Assembly: GCF_003945235.1 (NCBI RefSeq)
Contig: NZ_RSDW01000001.1
Location: 3,810,001 to 3,842,000, forward strand
Direction: 5' to 3'
Length of the DNA stretch: 32,000 nucleotides
From: Edaphobacter aggregans
Lineage (GTDB): Bacteria; Acidobacteriota; Terriglobia; Terriglobales; Acidobacteriaceae
Shown here: piece after piece, positions 22,201 through 25,113 of the stretch
Layout of the letters: the number at the start of each line of letters is the position of its first letter
Numbering within the stretch: the first letter of the stretch is position 1
Made by a program: the position numbers and the translations under genes
The notes under the pieces: model-generated
Database searches by the model: none
What the model saw: the letters and a program-made list of their open reading frames with translations, nothing else
Told to the model about the DNA's origin: nothing

Positions 22201-23860
22201 TACGGCAACGACCGTGGCAGTCCCATCTTCTCCGGTGGGAACGTACTCGATCGTGCCCGCAGTAACCGGAGCTAATCTGGCGAACTACAACGTGGTGTAT
22301 GTGGACGGCACCCTGACGGTAGGCCAGGCAACCCCGATTATCACTTGGGCGCCACCAGCGACGATTAGCTACGACACTCCTTTATCTGCCACTCAGCTGG
22401 ATGCAACTGCTTCGGTGCCTGGTACTTTCACCTATACACCTACCGCAGGCACGATACTTTCGGCAGGTTTGAATCAACTCTCGGTCAGCTTCATTCCCAC
22501 TGACGCAGTCAATTACACAACGCAAACAGCTACCGTTAACCTCACGGTCACTCCTTCCGCCCCCGTCATCAATTGGGCTGATCCGGCATCGATTATCTAC
22601 GGTACGGCACTCAGCTCTACCCAGCTTGACGCGACCGCCGTTCAGCCCAACGGTGTTGGGGCTGTGGCCGGTACCTTCGTCTACAGTCCGGCCGTAGGAA
22701 CTATCCTAAGCACTGGCATCCACCCGATTTCAGTCACCTTCACTCCAACTGATTCCTCCGACTACACCACTCTCATCAAGACGGTGTCTATCAACGTCCT
22801 ACCGGCAACTCTGATTCTTTCTGCGAACGATGCCACTAAAATCTATGGCGCGCCGAACCCATCGTTCACCGGTACCGTCACGGGAGTTCAGAATGGGGAC
22901 GTCTTTACCGAGAGCTTCACAACCTTAGCCTCAATGCTTTCCAACACTGGATCGTATCCGATCGTTCCGAGCGTCTCAGGGCTCAACCTGCCCTTTTACC
23001 TTCAGACGGTGAACAATGGCACACTTACCATCACAAAGGCATCGGTTACCTCGACTCTTACGCTAAGCCCCGTCAGCGTTGCCTATGGCCTCCCAGTAAA
23101 TATGACGTTAGCTTTGCAATCGACGACCAGCGGTACGCCGACAGGAACTGTCAGCTTCTTTGACAATGGCAATCTGATCGGGACTTCACCTGTCACATCT
23201 GGTGTCGCGACCTTCTCCACAACGTCGCTTCTGGTTGGAAACCATGTCATCACCACCCTCTATAGCGGCGACATGAACTTCAACGCGCAAACCGTCGCAG
23301 CCACTTCCGGGTCTAACACGGTTGCCATCACTCCGCTCGACTTCAGCTTCCAACTGACGAGCTTGCCGACCCTCCACGGAGTCTATGGAACTTCCGGCGA
23401 GTACACCTTCCACTTAGCGCCAATAGGCGGTAGCTATCCCGGAACAGTACAATTCACGATCGACGGAAGTCGCGGACCGATCTTGGCCACCTATACGTTC
23501 TCGGAAAATTCTCTCCCCATGCACGGAGGACCTGCAGACATCACACTAAACGTGGCTACCCGTAAGCTCGCTGGGATGGAACACCCTGTTGATTTATCCA
23601 GCCGTCTAGGATCTATAGCCCTTAGCCTTTTCCTGATTCCGCTTGCGTCGGCGCGACGTCTCCGCAAATCGGGACGCAAACTGGCTCGAGCCATCAGCAT
23701 GTTCGCCTTACTCTTACTCACACTTGGAGGTATCGCGTCGCTTACCGGATGCGGAAGCGGCTACCGAAGTATCGATAATCCAATTGTGGTGATTGCGACC
23801 AGTAACGGCGTTCAACACACGATTACCATCGACTACCACATCGATGCGTCAGCTCAGTAA
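4145..23860 (+). CDS. Giant secreted multidomain surface/adhesin-like protein (~6,571 aa): signal peptide, Ig-like domains, 7x FG-GAP/VCBS propeller, 2 lectin-like modules, 62 MBG-type domains, C-terminal hydrophobic module
   Basis: A single uninterrupted frame runs 3974..23860. The preferred start is ATG 4145, with GGAAG at 4132..4136 (8-nt spacer). It is followed by a Sec-type signal peptide, MPRTSGKSESIFKVSNSSKIHGYFSLALLAIMSCGIAGA|QT. The 57 codons upstream of 4145 are AT-rich, Phe/Lys/Leu-rich and carry no signal. Domain calls rest on motifs read from the translation (see the sub-features). Confidence 0.9.
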   Translation: MPRTSGKSESIFKVSNSSKIHGYFSLALLAIMSCGIAGAQTPTTVSLSVTPVTASYGSVVQMTATVTAGATHPSAGTVTFSDTFNTVTHVLGTIQVQSANGKAILQRELGGIGNHSITATFNAPKTYQSSSSTAQIVAITGQYPTTASLLQTGGATGNWSLTATITGTGSLSLSPGGNVSLLDTSNGGYLLGMAGLGTGTIAQQTVAGAGSPIGVGTNPESVAVGDFNGDGFIDIAVLSKSNNNNVSILLGDGTGAFTELGTKLNAGNNPVAVVTGDFDGDGNLDLAVTNSTSNAISILLGNGDGTFRNRATFTVTTPYALAIGDFNRDGIPDLAVANSGNQVNIMLGNGSGGFTLSSGSPFTVGNGVASIVVGDFNRDGNLDFATANQTDNSISVMQGDGTGTVFTSITGASLSLGAGTTPLSIVTADFDGDNKLDLAVAESGKNRIGVLRGNGDGTFGLQATYATGSTPYALAVGDFNADGNYDIGVANSGATTASILLGNGNGTFQSQTTPSVGTNPRSVAAADFDGDGNVDLAVANYGSNNVSILLNQITDTATASLTMISIPGGGNHLLDATYAGDTNFSTSTSNKVSLAASPITTSTLLSTSSNSPTYGQQVVLTATLSTSMVGTLTPAGVDTVTFKDGTTTIGTSTLSSGVATLNVSNLSVGSHTITAVFGGDSNFQTSTSAPVSIVVGTATPVITWANPAPIAYGTLLSTTQLNAVASVNGITVPGTYTYTPAAGTLLATGSPHTLSVTFKPTASGNYTTATASVSLTVTQATPIISWATPSPIAFGTPLSNVQLNATVTSTTVVPLSSYYNVSGIITDGSTVTNGGFDANGNDYSANQLGTSISWNGVTYTFGPVNANDAVSNITINLPQGHFSSLNMLGALVNNATASNTFTVTYTDGSTKNFTQSLSDWVYPMNYAGESNLKCDIARDQSGGAQDTHSTCVYGYQFALDSTKIVQSVTLPNTRNIVMLAMGLTSPPIAGTMVYSPAADTVPAVGTDTLSVTFTPTDTVDYSSASATVQLVVNPATAYLNWPTPAPISYGTPLSSTQLNASAVTATGVIPVPISTYYRVSAFFTDGVQYQVGGFDNNGNAYSANQLGTTIAFNGINFALGPPSVPNSITSTTVLLPQGNFTTLSFIGAAANSAQTNQTFTVNYTDGTSTTAQISLSSWTASSGFAGETIVSTTTKEDTSGGSQVVGTYNLYGYQIALSNTKTVSSITLPNNLNVVVLGMALSTSSSATNPIPGTYAYTPASGTILSLGTHTLSVTFTPTDTSHYSVATKTVSIVVNKAVLTVTANSQSVVYGTSLAPYTYAITGFVNGDTQTSATTGTPSLTTNPTTPSNVNTYPITVAAGTLASSNYSFTFVNGSVVITPATLTLNANNASRFYNTANPTFTGTISGAVNGDTFTESFSTTANTSSAVGTYPITPAASGTHLSNYTLAVNPGTLTVTQATLTVTAGNASRAYGAPNPVLTASGAGALSSDSFTYTATTAAVPSSPLGTYSIVPAVTGANLGNYNVVYVDGTLTVGQATLTVTAGNASRAYGAPNPVLTASGAGALSSDSFTYTATTVAVPSSPLGTYSIVPAVTGANLGNYNVVYVDGTLTVGQATLTVTAGNASRAYGAPNPVLTASGAGALSSDSFTYTATTAAVPSSPLGTYSIVPAVTGANLGNYNVVYVNGTLTVGQATLTVTAGNASRAYGAPNPVLTASGSGVQNGDSFTYTATTAAVPSSPLGTYSIVPAVTGANLGNYNVVYVNGTLTVGQATLTVTAGNASRAYGAPNPVLTASGSGVQNGDSFTYTATTAAVPSSPLGTYSIVPAVTGANLANYNVVYVNGTLTVGQATLTVTAGNASRAYGAPNPVLTASGAGALSSDSFTYTATTAAVPSSPLGTYSIVPAVTGANLANYNVVYVNGTLTVGQATLTVTAGNASRAYGAPNPVLTASGAGALSSDSFTYTATTAAVPSSPLGTYSIVPAVTGANLGNYNVVYVNGTLTVGQATLTVTAGNASRAYGAPNPVLTASGAGALSSDSFTYTATTAAVPSSPLGTYSIVPAVTGANLGNYNVVYVDGTLTVGQATLTVTAGNASRAYGAPNPVLTASGAGALSSDSFTYTATTAAVPSSPLGTYSIVPAVTGANLANYNVVYVDGTLTVGQATLTVTAGNASRAYGAPNPVLTASGAGALSSDSFTYTATTAAVPSSPLGTYSIVPAVTGANLGNYNVVYVNGTLTVGQATLTVTAGNASRAYGAPNPVLTASGSGVQNGDSFTYTATTAAVPSSPLGTYSIVPAVTGANLANYNVVYVNGTLTVGQATLTVTAGNASRAYGAPNPVLTASGSGVQNGDSFTYTATTAAVPSSPLGTYSIVPAVTGANLGNYNVVYVDGTLTVGQATLTVTAGNASRAYGAPNPVLTASGAGALSSDSFTYTATTAAVPSSPLGTYSIVPAVTGANLGNYNVVYVDGTLTVGQATLTVTSGNASRAYGAPNPVLTASGSGVQNGDSFTYTATTAAVPSSPLGTYSIVPAVTGANLGNYNVVYVDGTLTVGQATLTVTAGNASRAYGAPNPVLTASGAGALSSDSFTYTATTAAVPSSPLGTYSIVPAVTGANLANYNVVYVNGTLTVGQATLTVTAGNASRAYGAPNPVLTASGAGALSSDSFTYTATTAAVPSSPLGTYSIVPAVTGANLANYNVVYVNGTLTVGQATLTVTAGNASRAYGAPNPVLTASGSGVQNGDSFTYTATTAAVPSSPLGTYSIVPAVTGANLGNYNVVYVDGTLTVGQATLTVTAGNASRAYGAPNPVLTASGSGVQNGDSFTYTATTVAVPSSPLGTYSIVPAVTGANLGNYNVVYVDGTLTVGQATLTVTAGNASRAYGAPNPVLTASGAGALSSDSFTYTATTAAVPSSPLGTYSIVPAVTGANLGNYNVVYVDGTLTVGQATLTVTAGNASRAYGAPNPVLTASGAGALSSDSFTYTATTAAVPSSPLGTYSIVPAVTGANLANYNVVYVNGTLTVGQATLTVTAGNASRAYGAPNPVLTASGSGVQNGDSFTYTATTAAVPSSPLGTYSIVPAVTGANLANYNVVYVDGTLTVGQATLTVTAGNASRAYGAPNPVLTASGAGALSSDSFTYTATTAAVPSSPLGTYSIVPAVTGANLGNYNVVYVDGTLTVGQATLTVTAGNASRAYGAPNPVLTASGAGALSSDSFTYTATTAAVPSSPLGTYSIVPAVTGANLGNYNVVYVDGTLTVGQATLTVTSGNASRAYGAPNPVLTASGAGALSSDSFTYTATTAAVPSSPLGTYSIVPAVTGANLGNYNVVYVNGTLTVGQATLTVTAGNASRAYGAPNPVLTASGSGVQNGDSFTYTATTAAVPSSPLGTYSIVPAVTGANLANYNVVYVNGTLTVGQATLTVTAGNASRAYGAPNPVLTASGAGALSSDSFTYTATTAAVPSSPLGTYSIVPAVTGANLANYNVVYVNGTLTVGQATLTVTAGNASRAYGAPNPVLTASGAGALSSDSFTYTATTAAVPSSPLGTYSIVPAVTGANLANYNVVYVNGTLTVGQATLTVTAGNASRAYGAPNPVLTASGSGVQNGDSFTYTATTAAVPSSPLGTYSIVPAVTGANLGNYNVVYVDGTLTVGQATLTVTAGNASRAYGAPNPVLTASGSGVQNGDSFTYTATTAAVPSSPLGTYSIVPAVTGANLGNYNVVYVDGTLTVGQATLTVTAGNASRAYGAPNPVLTASGAGALSSDSFTYTATTAAVPSSPLGTYSIVPAVTGANLGNYNVVYVDGTLTVGQATLTVTAGNASRAYGAPNPVLTASGAGALSSDSFTYTATTAAVPSSPLGTYSIVPAVTGANLANYNVVYVNGTLTVGQATLTVTAGNASRAYGAPNPVLTASGAGALSSDSFTYTATTAAVPSSPLGTYSIVPAVTGANLGNYNVVYVNGTLTVGQATLTVTAGNASRAYGAPNPVLTASGAGALSSDSFTYTATTAAVPSSPLGTYSIVPAVTGANLGNYNVVYVDGTLTVGQATLTVTAGNASRAYGAPNPVLTASGAGALSSDSFTYTATTAAVPSSPLGTYSIVPAVTGANLANYNVVYVNGTLTVGQATLTVTAGNASRAYGAPNPVLTASGAGALSSDSFTYTATTAAVPSSPLGTYSIVPAVTGANLGNYNVVYVNGTLTVGQATLTVTAGNASRAYGAPNPVLTASGSGVQNGDSFTYTATTAAVPSSPLGTYSIVPAVTGANLANYNVVYVDGTLTVGQATLTVTAGNASRAYGAPNPVLTASGAGALSSDSFTYTATTAAVPSSPLGTYSIVPAVTGANLANYNVVYVNGTLTVGQATLTVTAGNASRAYGAPNPVLTASGAGALSSDSFTYTATTAAVPSSPLGTYSIVPAVTGANLGNYNVVYVNGTLTVGQATLTVTAGNASRAYGAPNPVLTASGAGALSSDSFTYTATTAAVPSSPLGTYSIVPAVTGANLANYNVVYVDGTLTVGQATLTVTAGNASRAYGAPNPVLTASGAGALSSDSFTYTATTVAVPSSPLGTYSIVPAVTGANLANYNVVYVDGTLTVGQATLTVTAGNASRAYGAPNPVLTASGAGALSSDSFTYTATTAAVPSSPLGTYSIVPAVTGANLANYNVVYVNGTLTVGQATLTVTAGNASRAYGAPNPVLTASGAGALSSDSFTYTATTAAVPSSPLGTYSIVPAVTGANLANYNVVYVNGTLTVGQATLTVTAGNASRAYGAPNPVLTASGSGVQNGDSFTYTATTAAVPSSPLGTYSIVPAVTGANLGNYNVVYVDGTLTVGQATLTVTAGNASRAYGAPNPVLTASGAGALSSDSFTYTATTAAVPSSPLGTYSIVPAVTGANLGNYNVVYVDGTLTVGQATLTVTAGNASRAYGAPNPVLTASGAGALSSDSFTYTATTAAVPSSPLGTYSIVPAVTGANLGNYNVVYVDGTLTVGQATLTVTAGNASRAYGAPNPVLTASGAGALSSDSFTYTATTAAVPSSPLGTYSIVPAVTGANLANYNVVYVNGTLTVGQATLTVTAGNASRAYGAPNPVLTASGAGALSSDSFTYTATTAAVPSSPLGTYSIVPAVTGANLGNYNVVYVNGTLTVGQATLTVTAGNASRAYGAPNPVLTASGSGVQNGDSFTYTATTAAVPSSPLGTYSIVPAVTGANLGNYNVVYVDGTLTVGQATLTVTAGNASRAYGAPNPVLTASGSGVQNGDSFTYTATTAAVPSSPLGTYSIVPAVTGANLGNYNVVYVNGTLTVGQATLTVTAGNASRAYGAPNPVLTASGAGALSSDSFTYTATTAAVPSSPLGTYSIVPAVTGANLGNYNVVYVDGTLTVGQATLTVTAGNASRAYGAPNPVLTASGSGVQNGDSFTYTATTAAVPSSPLGTYSIVPAVTGANLGNYNVVYVNGTLTVGQATLTVTAGNASRAYGAPNPVLTASGAGALSSDSFTYTATTAAVPSSPLGTYSIVPAVTGANLGNYNVVYVDGTLTVGQATLTVTAGNASRAYGAPNPVLTASGSGVQNGDSFTYTATTAAVPSSPLGTYSIVPGVTGANLANYNVVYVDGTLTVGQATLTVTAGNASRAYGAPNPVLTASGAGALSSDSFTYTATTAAVPSSPLGTYSIVPAVTGANLGNYNVVYVNGTLTVGQATLTVTAGNASRAYGAPNPVLTASGAGALSSDSFTYTATTAAVPSSPLGTYSIVPAVTGANLGNYNVVYVDGTLTVGQATLTVTAGNANRVYGAPNPVLTASGSGVQNSDSFTYTATTTAVQSSPVGTYSIVPAVTGANLANYNVVYVDGTLTVGQATLTVTAGNASRAYGAPNPVLSASGSGVQNGDSFTYTATTTAVPSSPVGTYSIVPAVTGANLANYNVVYVDGTLTVGQATLTVTSGNASRAYGAPNPVLTASGSGVQNSDSFTYTATTTAVPSSAIGNYSIVPAVTGANLANYNVVYVDGTLTVGQATLTVTAGNASRAYGAANPVLTASGSGVQNSDSFTYTATTVAVPSSPVGTYSIVPAVTGANLANYNVVYVDGTLTVGQATPIITWAPPATISYDTPLSATQLDATASVPGTFTYTPTAGTILSAGLNQLSVSFIPTDAVNYTTQTATVNLTVTPSAPVINWADPASIIYGTALSSTQLDATAVQPNGVGAVAGTFVYSPAVGTILSTGIHPISVTFTPTDSSDYTTLIKTVSINVLPATLILSANDATKIYGAPNPSFTGTVTGVQNGDVFTESFTTLASMLSNTGSYPIVPSVSGLNLPFYLQTVNNGTLTITKASVTSTLTLSPVSVAYGLPVNMTLALQSTTSGTPTGTVSFFDNGNLIGTSPVTSGVATFSTTSLLVGNHVITTLYSGDMNFNAQTVAATSGSNTVAITPLDFSFQLTSLPTLHGVYGTSGEYTFHLAPIGGSYPGTVQFTIDGSRGPILATYTFSENSLPMHGGPADITLNVATRKLAGMEHPVDLSSRLGSIALSLFLIPLASARRLRKSGRKLARAISMFALLLLTLGGIASLTGCGSGYRSIDNPIVVIATSNGVQHTITIDYHIDASAQ
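4760..5800 (+). other. Seven FG-GAP/VCBS-type repeats (predicted 7-bladed integrin-alpha-like beta-propeller)
   Basis: Seven spaced copies of the motif [VI]xxGDF[ND]xDGxxD[LI]A[VT]: VAVGDFNGDGFIDIAV, VVTGDFDGDGNLDLAV, LAIGDFNRDGIPDLAV, IVVGDFNRDGNLDFAT, IVTADFDGDNKLDLAV, LAVGDFNADGNYDIGV, VAAADFDGDGNVDLAV. Most copies are followed by a short S[IV]-containing segment and a G[ND]G[DNST]G[TAG]F motif (e.g. NNVSILLGDGTGAF, NAISILLGNGDGTF, ASILLGNGNGTF). Confidence 0.8.
6578..7106 (+). other. Lectin-like / putative carbohydrate-binding module, copy 1, nested inside an Ig-like domain
   Basis: A ~175-aa insert (VVPLSSYYNVSGIITDG...GGFDANGNDYSANQLGTSISWNGVTYTFGP...INLPQGHFSSLNMLGALVNN...FTVTYTDGSTKNFTQSLSDW...YGYQFALDSTKIVQSVTLPNTRNIVMLAMGL). 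It sits between the ...QLNATV half and the GTMVYSPA...LSVTFTPTD half of an ITW...YGTPLS...QLNA-type Ig-like domain. The function is guessed from resemblance to a module I recall at the termini of secreted glycoside hydrolases. Confidence 0.45.
7343..7895 (+). other. Lectin-like / putative carbohydrate-binding module, copy 2, nested inside the next Ig-like domain
   Basis: A diverged paralogue of copy 1 with the same motif order: GVIPVPISTYYRVSAFFTDG...GGFDNNGNAYSANQLGTTIAFNGINFALGP...VLLPQGNFTTLSFIGAAANS...FTVNYTDGTSTTAQISLSSW...YGYQIALSNTKTVSSITLPNNLNVVVLGMAL. It is again flanked by split halves of an Ig-like domain. Confidence 0.45.
8036..8518 (+). other. Two diverged MBG-type domains preceding the tandem array
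   Basis: Domain one is LTVTANSQSVVYGTSLAPYTYAITGFVNGDTQ...NTYPITVAAGTLASSNYSFTFVNGSVVITPA. Domain two is LTLNANNASRFYNTANPTFTGTISGAVNGDTFTESF...VGTYPITPAASGTHLSNYTLAVNPGTLTVT. Both follow the MBG (YGX-type) pattern xYGxxNP...G.VNGD...GxYxI...NY...GTLT[IV]. Confidence 0.65.
8519..21388 (+). repeat. Coding tandem repeat: 55 near-identical units of exactly 234 bp (78 aa, MBG-type domain)
   Basis: Consensus unit: QATLTVTAGNASRAYGAPNPVLTASG[AGALSS/SGVQNG]DSFTYTATTAAVPSSPLGTYSIVPAVTGANL[G/A]NYNVVYV[D/N]GTLTVG. Unit starts that I checked (8519, 8753, 11561, 13901, 21389) all fall on 8519+234n. No indels were seen. Units differ only at about a dozen recurrent dimorphic nucleotides plus one 18-nt cassette. 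Confidence 0.95.
21389..22324 (+). repeat. Four more-diverged 234-bp units (units 56-59) at the 3' edge of the same array
   Basis: The period and phase are unchanged (8519+59x234 = 22325, the first codon of QATPIITW). These units carry private substitutions (NRVYGAPNP, LSASG, TTAVQSSPVG, SSAIGNY, GAANP, VQNSDS) and many synonymous changes. All four have the SGVQN-type cassette. Confidence 0.9.
22805..23040 (+). other. Isolated diverged MBG-type domain downstream of the array
   Basis: ATLILSANDATKIYGAPNPSFTGTVTGVQNGDVFTESFTTLASMLSNTGSYPIVPSVSGLNLPFYLQTVNNGTLTITKA. It is separated from the array by two ITW...YxTxLSxTQLDA-type Ig-like domains (22325..22800). Confidence 0.6.
23333..23857 (+). 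other. C-terminal module: split beta-domain interrupted by a hydrophobic helix, a basic cluster and a lipoprotein-signal-like segment
   Basis: Order of elements: DFSFQLTS...ITLNVATRKLAGMEHPVDLSSR; hydrophobic LGSIALSLFLIPLASA (23606..23653); basic RRLRKSGRKLAR (23654..23689); hydrophobic AISMFALLLLTLGGIAS plus lipobox-like LTGC (Cys codon 23750..23752); then GSGYRSIDNPIVVIATSNGVQHTITIDYHIDASAQ and the stop. Confidence 0.6.
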
Positions 23861-23871
23861 TAGGCACAGAT

Positions 23872-23901
23872 GTGGCGAGGGCGGCAGGGGCCCCTCGCCA
23901 C
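23872..23901 (+). terminator. Possible terminator hairpin after the giant gene (no U-tract)
   Basis: 10-bp GC-rich stem gtggcgaggg (23872..23881) / ccctcgccac (23892..23901) with a 10-nt loop, 12 nt after the TAA. No T-run follows, so intrinsic-terminator function is uncertain. Confidence 0.3.
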
Positions 23902-24108
23902 GGCACTCCAAGACAGCATCCAGCAGGAAGTAAGTTTAGAAGCTTGTTTGCGTCGATAGCCTACTGCGGACACATCAGCGGCACAAGGTAAAATTCCCGA
24001 TGCTGATCTAGAGAAAGTCCGTATTCATAGTGAGATCAATAAGAAGCTTGCGACAGGCACTTGGCGCGCAGGTCTCAGTGAGGAACGGTGGTAGGGGAGC
24101 GCACACCA

Positions 24109-25032
24109 CTACTTGGGTGGTGAAGCTGGCGGGGGCTGTTTGTTTGCGTTGGGGTCTTTGTTGTTGGTAATGTCCTCGCCGTTGTAGATGATGCGCGCCG
24201 TAGCGTGGTACTGCTTATAGTCGGTGTACTTGACTATGTTGCGCATGTGGACGTCCTGCGACATCGATCCGTTGCTGGCTTGGAAGTGAAGATTGCCTTC
24301 GGCCTTGGTGTAGGTGGGGAACCAATATTTTCCGTCAACCTGCTCGTAGTAGGTGGTGAAGGGGGGTTGTAGGTCCTCGTGGCCCTTGCGCGTGTCCTGG
24401 GGGACGGTCATGCCGTTGATGAGGACGATCTGGAGATCCTGCTGGTCGACCCACACCTTGCCTTGAAAGTAGTGTTTGCCTTTTTCGATGGTTTTGGGGC
24501 CAGCTTCGAAAACGTAGGTGTCGAGTTCATCGACCTTCTGGCGGCCCAGGTACTTGACGTCGTATTTGGGCAGATCTTCTGTGGTGAGGATGAAGGGGAG
24601 GCGGTGTTCGATCTCGTCGAAGTCGGTGGGGGACATCATGACGCGCTCTAGGGTGCTGGCGGGCGCGAAGACGACGTGCTCGGTGCGCTTGCCATCCTTG
24701 TCGAAGACGATGTCGGTGACTTGGAGGTATTCTCCGTCGACGCGGTTAGTGTCCTCGGCGAGGGTGTCCACTTTGACGGTCTGGCGGAAGGTGTAGTTGT
24801 CGCGGGCGCGGCGGAACTCAGACTCGCGAGCGCCGAACTTCTGAATGATTTCGTCTACGGTCGTACCGGTGGGGGGCGTAGGGTCGAGCGGACCGAAGCC
24901 TGCGGCGTCCTGGGCTGCGTCTGAAATTGCGACAACGGTGAGGGCATTGGCGGAGATGGCCGATAGCGACAAGAACGATGCCGCGAAAAGGCCGGTCATA
25001 ACAGAGGCTCGGATCGCCGGGAGGGTCTTCAT
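24109..25032 (-). CDS. Secreted/periplasmic protein of unknown function (possible LolA-like lipoprotein-sorting fold), Pro-rich C-terminal tail
   Basis: 307-aa ORF with the signal peptide MKTLPAIRASVMTGLFAASFLSLSAISANA. A GGAG lies ~12 nt upstream of the ATG on the minus strand. The composition looks like real coding sequence. The motif block YLGRQKVDELDTYVFEAGPK...KHYFQGKVWVDQQDLQIV resembles LolA-like/outer-membrane lipoprotein-sorting family proteins (recollection only). The tail is NKDPNANKQPPPASPPK. Confidence 0.6.
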   Translation of the reverse strand: MKTLPAIRASVMTGLFAASFLSLSAISANALTVVAISDAAQDAAGFGPLDPTPPTGTTVDEIIQKFGARESEFRRARDNYTFRQTVKVDTLAEDTNRVDGEYLQVTDIVFDKDGKRTEHVVFAPASTLERVMMSPTDFDEIEHRLPFILTTEDLPKYDVKYLGRQKVDELDTYVFEAGPKTIEKGKHYFQGKVWVDQQDLQIVLINGMTVPQDTRKGHEDLQPPFTTYYEQVDGKYWFPTYTKAEGNLHFQASNGSMSQDVHMRNIVKYTDYKQYHATARIIYNGEDITNNKDPNANKQPPPASPPK

Positions 25033-25113
25033 CGTTTTGGTGACTCCAAGTTAGGGCGAGTAATGATCGCTGCTCGCACCTACTAAAGATAGACGCTAAG
25101 AGCGGAGGTTAGG

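Noticed and set aside
8519-22324. Whether the regular 234-bp periodicity is a CRISPR array.
   Set aside because: There is no alternation of conserved repeats with unique spacers. The whole unit repeats, is in-frame coding sequence with a clear domain motif, and is far longer than CRISPR repeat-spacer units. No cas genes are present.
8519-22324. Whether the variation is produced by a diversity-generating retroelement or a programmed antigenic-variation cassette system.
   Set aside because: The window contains no reverse transcriptase, no template repeat outside the gene, and no invertase or recombinase. The variation is dimorphic at fixed sites, including many synonymous ones, rather than adenine-targeted hypervariation. 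Ordinary unequal crossing-over and gene conversion explain it.
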